Origin: Mobula hypostoma
Taxonomy: Eukaryota
Direction: 5' to 3'
Length of the DNA stretch: 64,000 bases
NCBI RefSeq assembly: GCF_963921235.1
Contig: NC_086110.1
Span: forward strand, 9,548,001 to 9,612,000
Shown: in pieces, positions 62,605 through 64,000 of the stretch
Layout: each line of letters begins with the position of its first letter
How positions within the stretch are numbered: the stretch's first letter is position 1
Translations under genes and position numbers: made by a program
Notes under the pieces: model-generated
The model's database searches: none
Seen by the model: the letters and a program-made list of their open reading frames with translations, nothing else
Told to the model about the DNA's origin: nothing

Positions 62605-64000
62605 GATTGCTACCTGTGTTACATGCCAGTGAGGGTAGGAATAGGATGCTCTGGAGGATGAACAAGTGGCTGAGGAACTGGTGTAGGGGACAGGGTTTCA
62701 GATTTCAGCATAATTGGGACCTCTTCTGGGGCAGGTGGAACCTGTACAAGAGAGACGGGTTACACATGAACAACAGGGGGACCAATATCCTTTCAGGGAG
62801 GTTTGTTAGTGCTATTGGGTAGGCTTTAAACTAGATTTGCAGGGGCATGGGAACCAAACTGCCAGAGCAGACAGTGTGGCTGGGGTGAAAATAAATGCTG
62901 TTAAAAGTTCAAGCAAATCCGCTAATAGAAAGGTTGTGAGTGGTGGTAAAAATCTTCTGAGGTGTATATATTTCAATGCTAGGAGTATTGCGGGGAAGGC
63001 GGATGAGATGAGGGCGTGGATTGACACATGGAATTATGACGTTATAGCAATTAGTGAAACTTGGCTACAGGAGGGGCAGGACTGGCAGCTTAATATTCCA
63101 GGGTTCCAATGTTTCAGATATAATCGAGGCAGAGGAATGAAAGGTGGGGAAGTAGCATTACTTGTTAGGGAAAATATTACAGCAGTGCTCAGGCAGGACA
63201 GATTAGAGGCTTGTCTACTGAGTCCTTATGGGTGGAGCTGAGAAACAGGAAAGGTATGGCCACATTAGTGGGATTGTATTACAGACTACCCAATAGTCAA
63301 CAAGAATTGGAAGAGCAAATCTGCAGGGAAATAGCAGGCAACTGCAGGAAACATAAAGTTGTGGTGGTAGGGGATTTTAATTTTCCATATATTGATTGGG
63401 ACTCTCATACTGTTAGGGGTCTAGATGGTTTAGACTTTGTAAAATCTGTTCAGGAAAGTTTTCTAAATCAATATATAGAGGGACCAACTAGAGGGGATGT
63501 AATATTGGATCTCCTGTTAGGAAACGAGTTAGGACAAGTGACGGAAGTCTGTGTAGGGGAGCACTTTGGTTGCAGTGATCATAACACCATTAGTTTCAAC
63601 TTGATCATGGACAAGTATAGATCTGGTCCTAGGGTTGAGGTTTTTAACTGGAAAAGGCCAAATTTGAAGAAATGAGAAAGGATCTAAAAAGCGTGGATTG
63701 GGACAGGTTGTTCTCTGGCAAGGATGTGATCGGTAGGTGGGAAGCCTTCAAAGGAGAAATTTTGAGAGTGCAGAATTTACATGTTCCTGTCAGGATTAAG
63801 GGCAAAGTGAATACGAATAAAGAACCTTGGTTCTCAAGGGATATTGCAACTCTGAAAAAGAAGAAGAAGGAGTTGTATGACATGTATAGGAAGCAGGGAG
63901 TAAATAAGGTGCTTGTGGAGTATAAGAGGTGCAAGAAAATATTTAAGAAAAAAATCAGGAGGGCTAAAAGAAGACATGAAGTTGCCTTGGCAGTCAAAGT
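62605..64000 (+). mobile_element. CR1 ORF1 end and ORF2 endonuclease (runs off the window)
   Basis: RDGLHMN, CIYFNARS, IAISETWL and VGDFNFP motifs. Confidence 0.9.

Overview
Vertebrate genomic DNA, most likely from a cartilaginous fish (shark or ray). This is inferred from the dominant CR1-clade (HER1-like) LINEs with (CTATGTTT/CTATGTT)n tails and the Penelope family present. Most of the window is nested, decayed transposable-element sequence: many CR1 LINE fragments (one near full length), Rex1/Babar LINE tails, a Penelope GIY-YIG element, an internally deleted Gypsy provirus, solo LTRs and hAT (Charlie/Buster-type) remnants. I can support only one host gene, on the minus strand at about 3.4-7.15 kb. 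It is a multi-exon immunoglobulin-superfamily receptor with leader, germline-joined VJ-type domain, C1-set domain and an Arg-containing transmembrane exon, all joined by phase-1 GT-AG introns. A truncated near-identical second C1 exon lies between the C1 and TM exons. The most notable non-genic element is a 226-bp Penelope-derived insertion at 54.9-55.1 kb that forms a perfect 91-bp-arm palindrome and contains a complete minimal hammerhead-ribozyme motif. No prokaryotic features, rRNA, tRNA or CRISPR arrays were found. All coordinates and identities were read by hand, and degenerate repeat boundaries are approximate.
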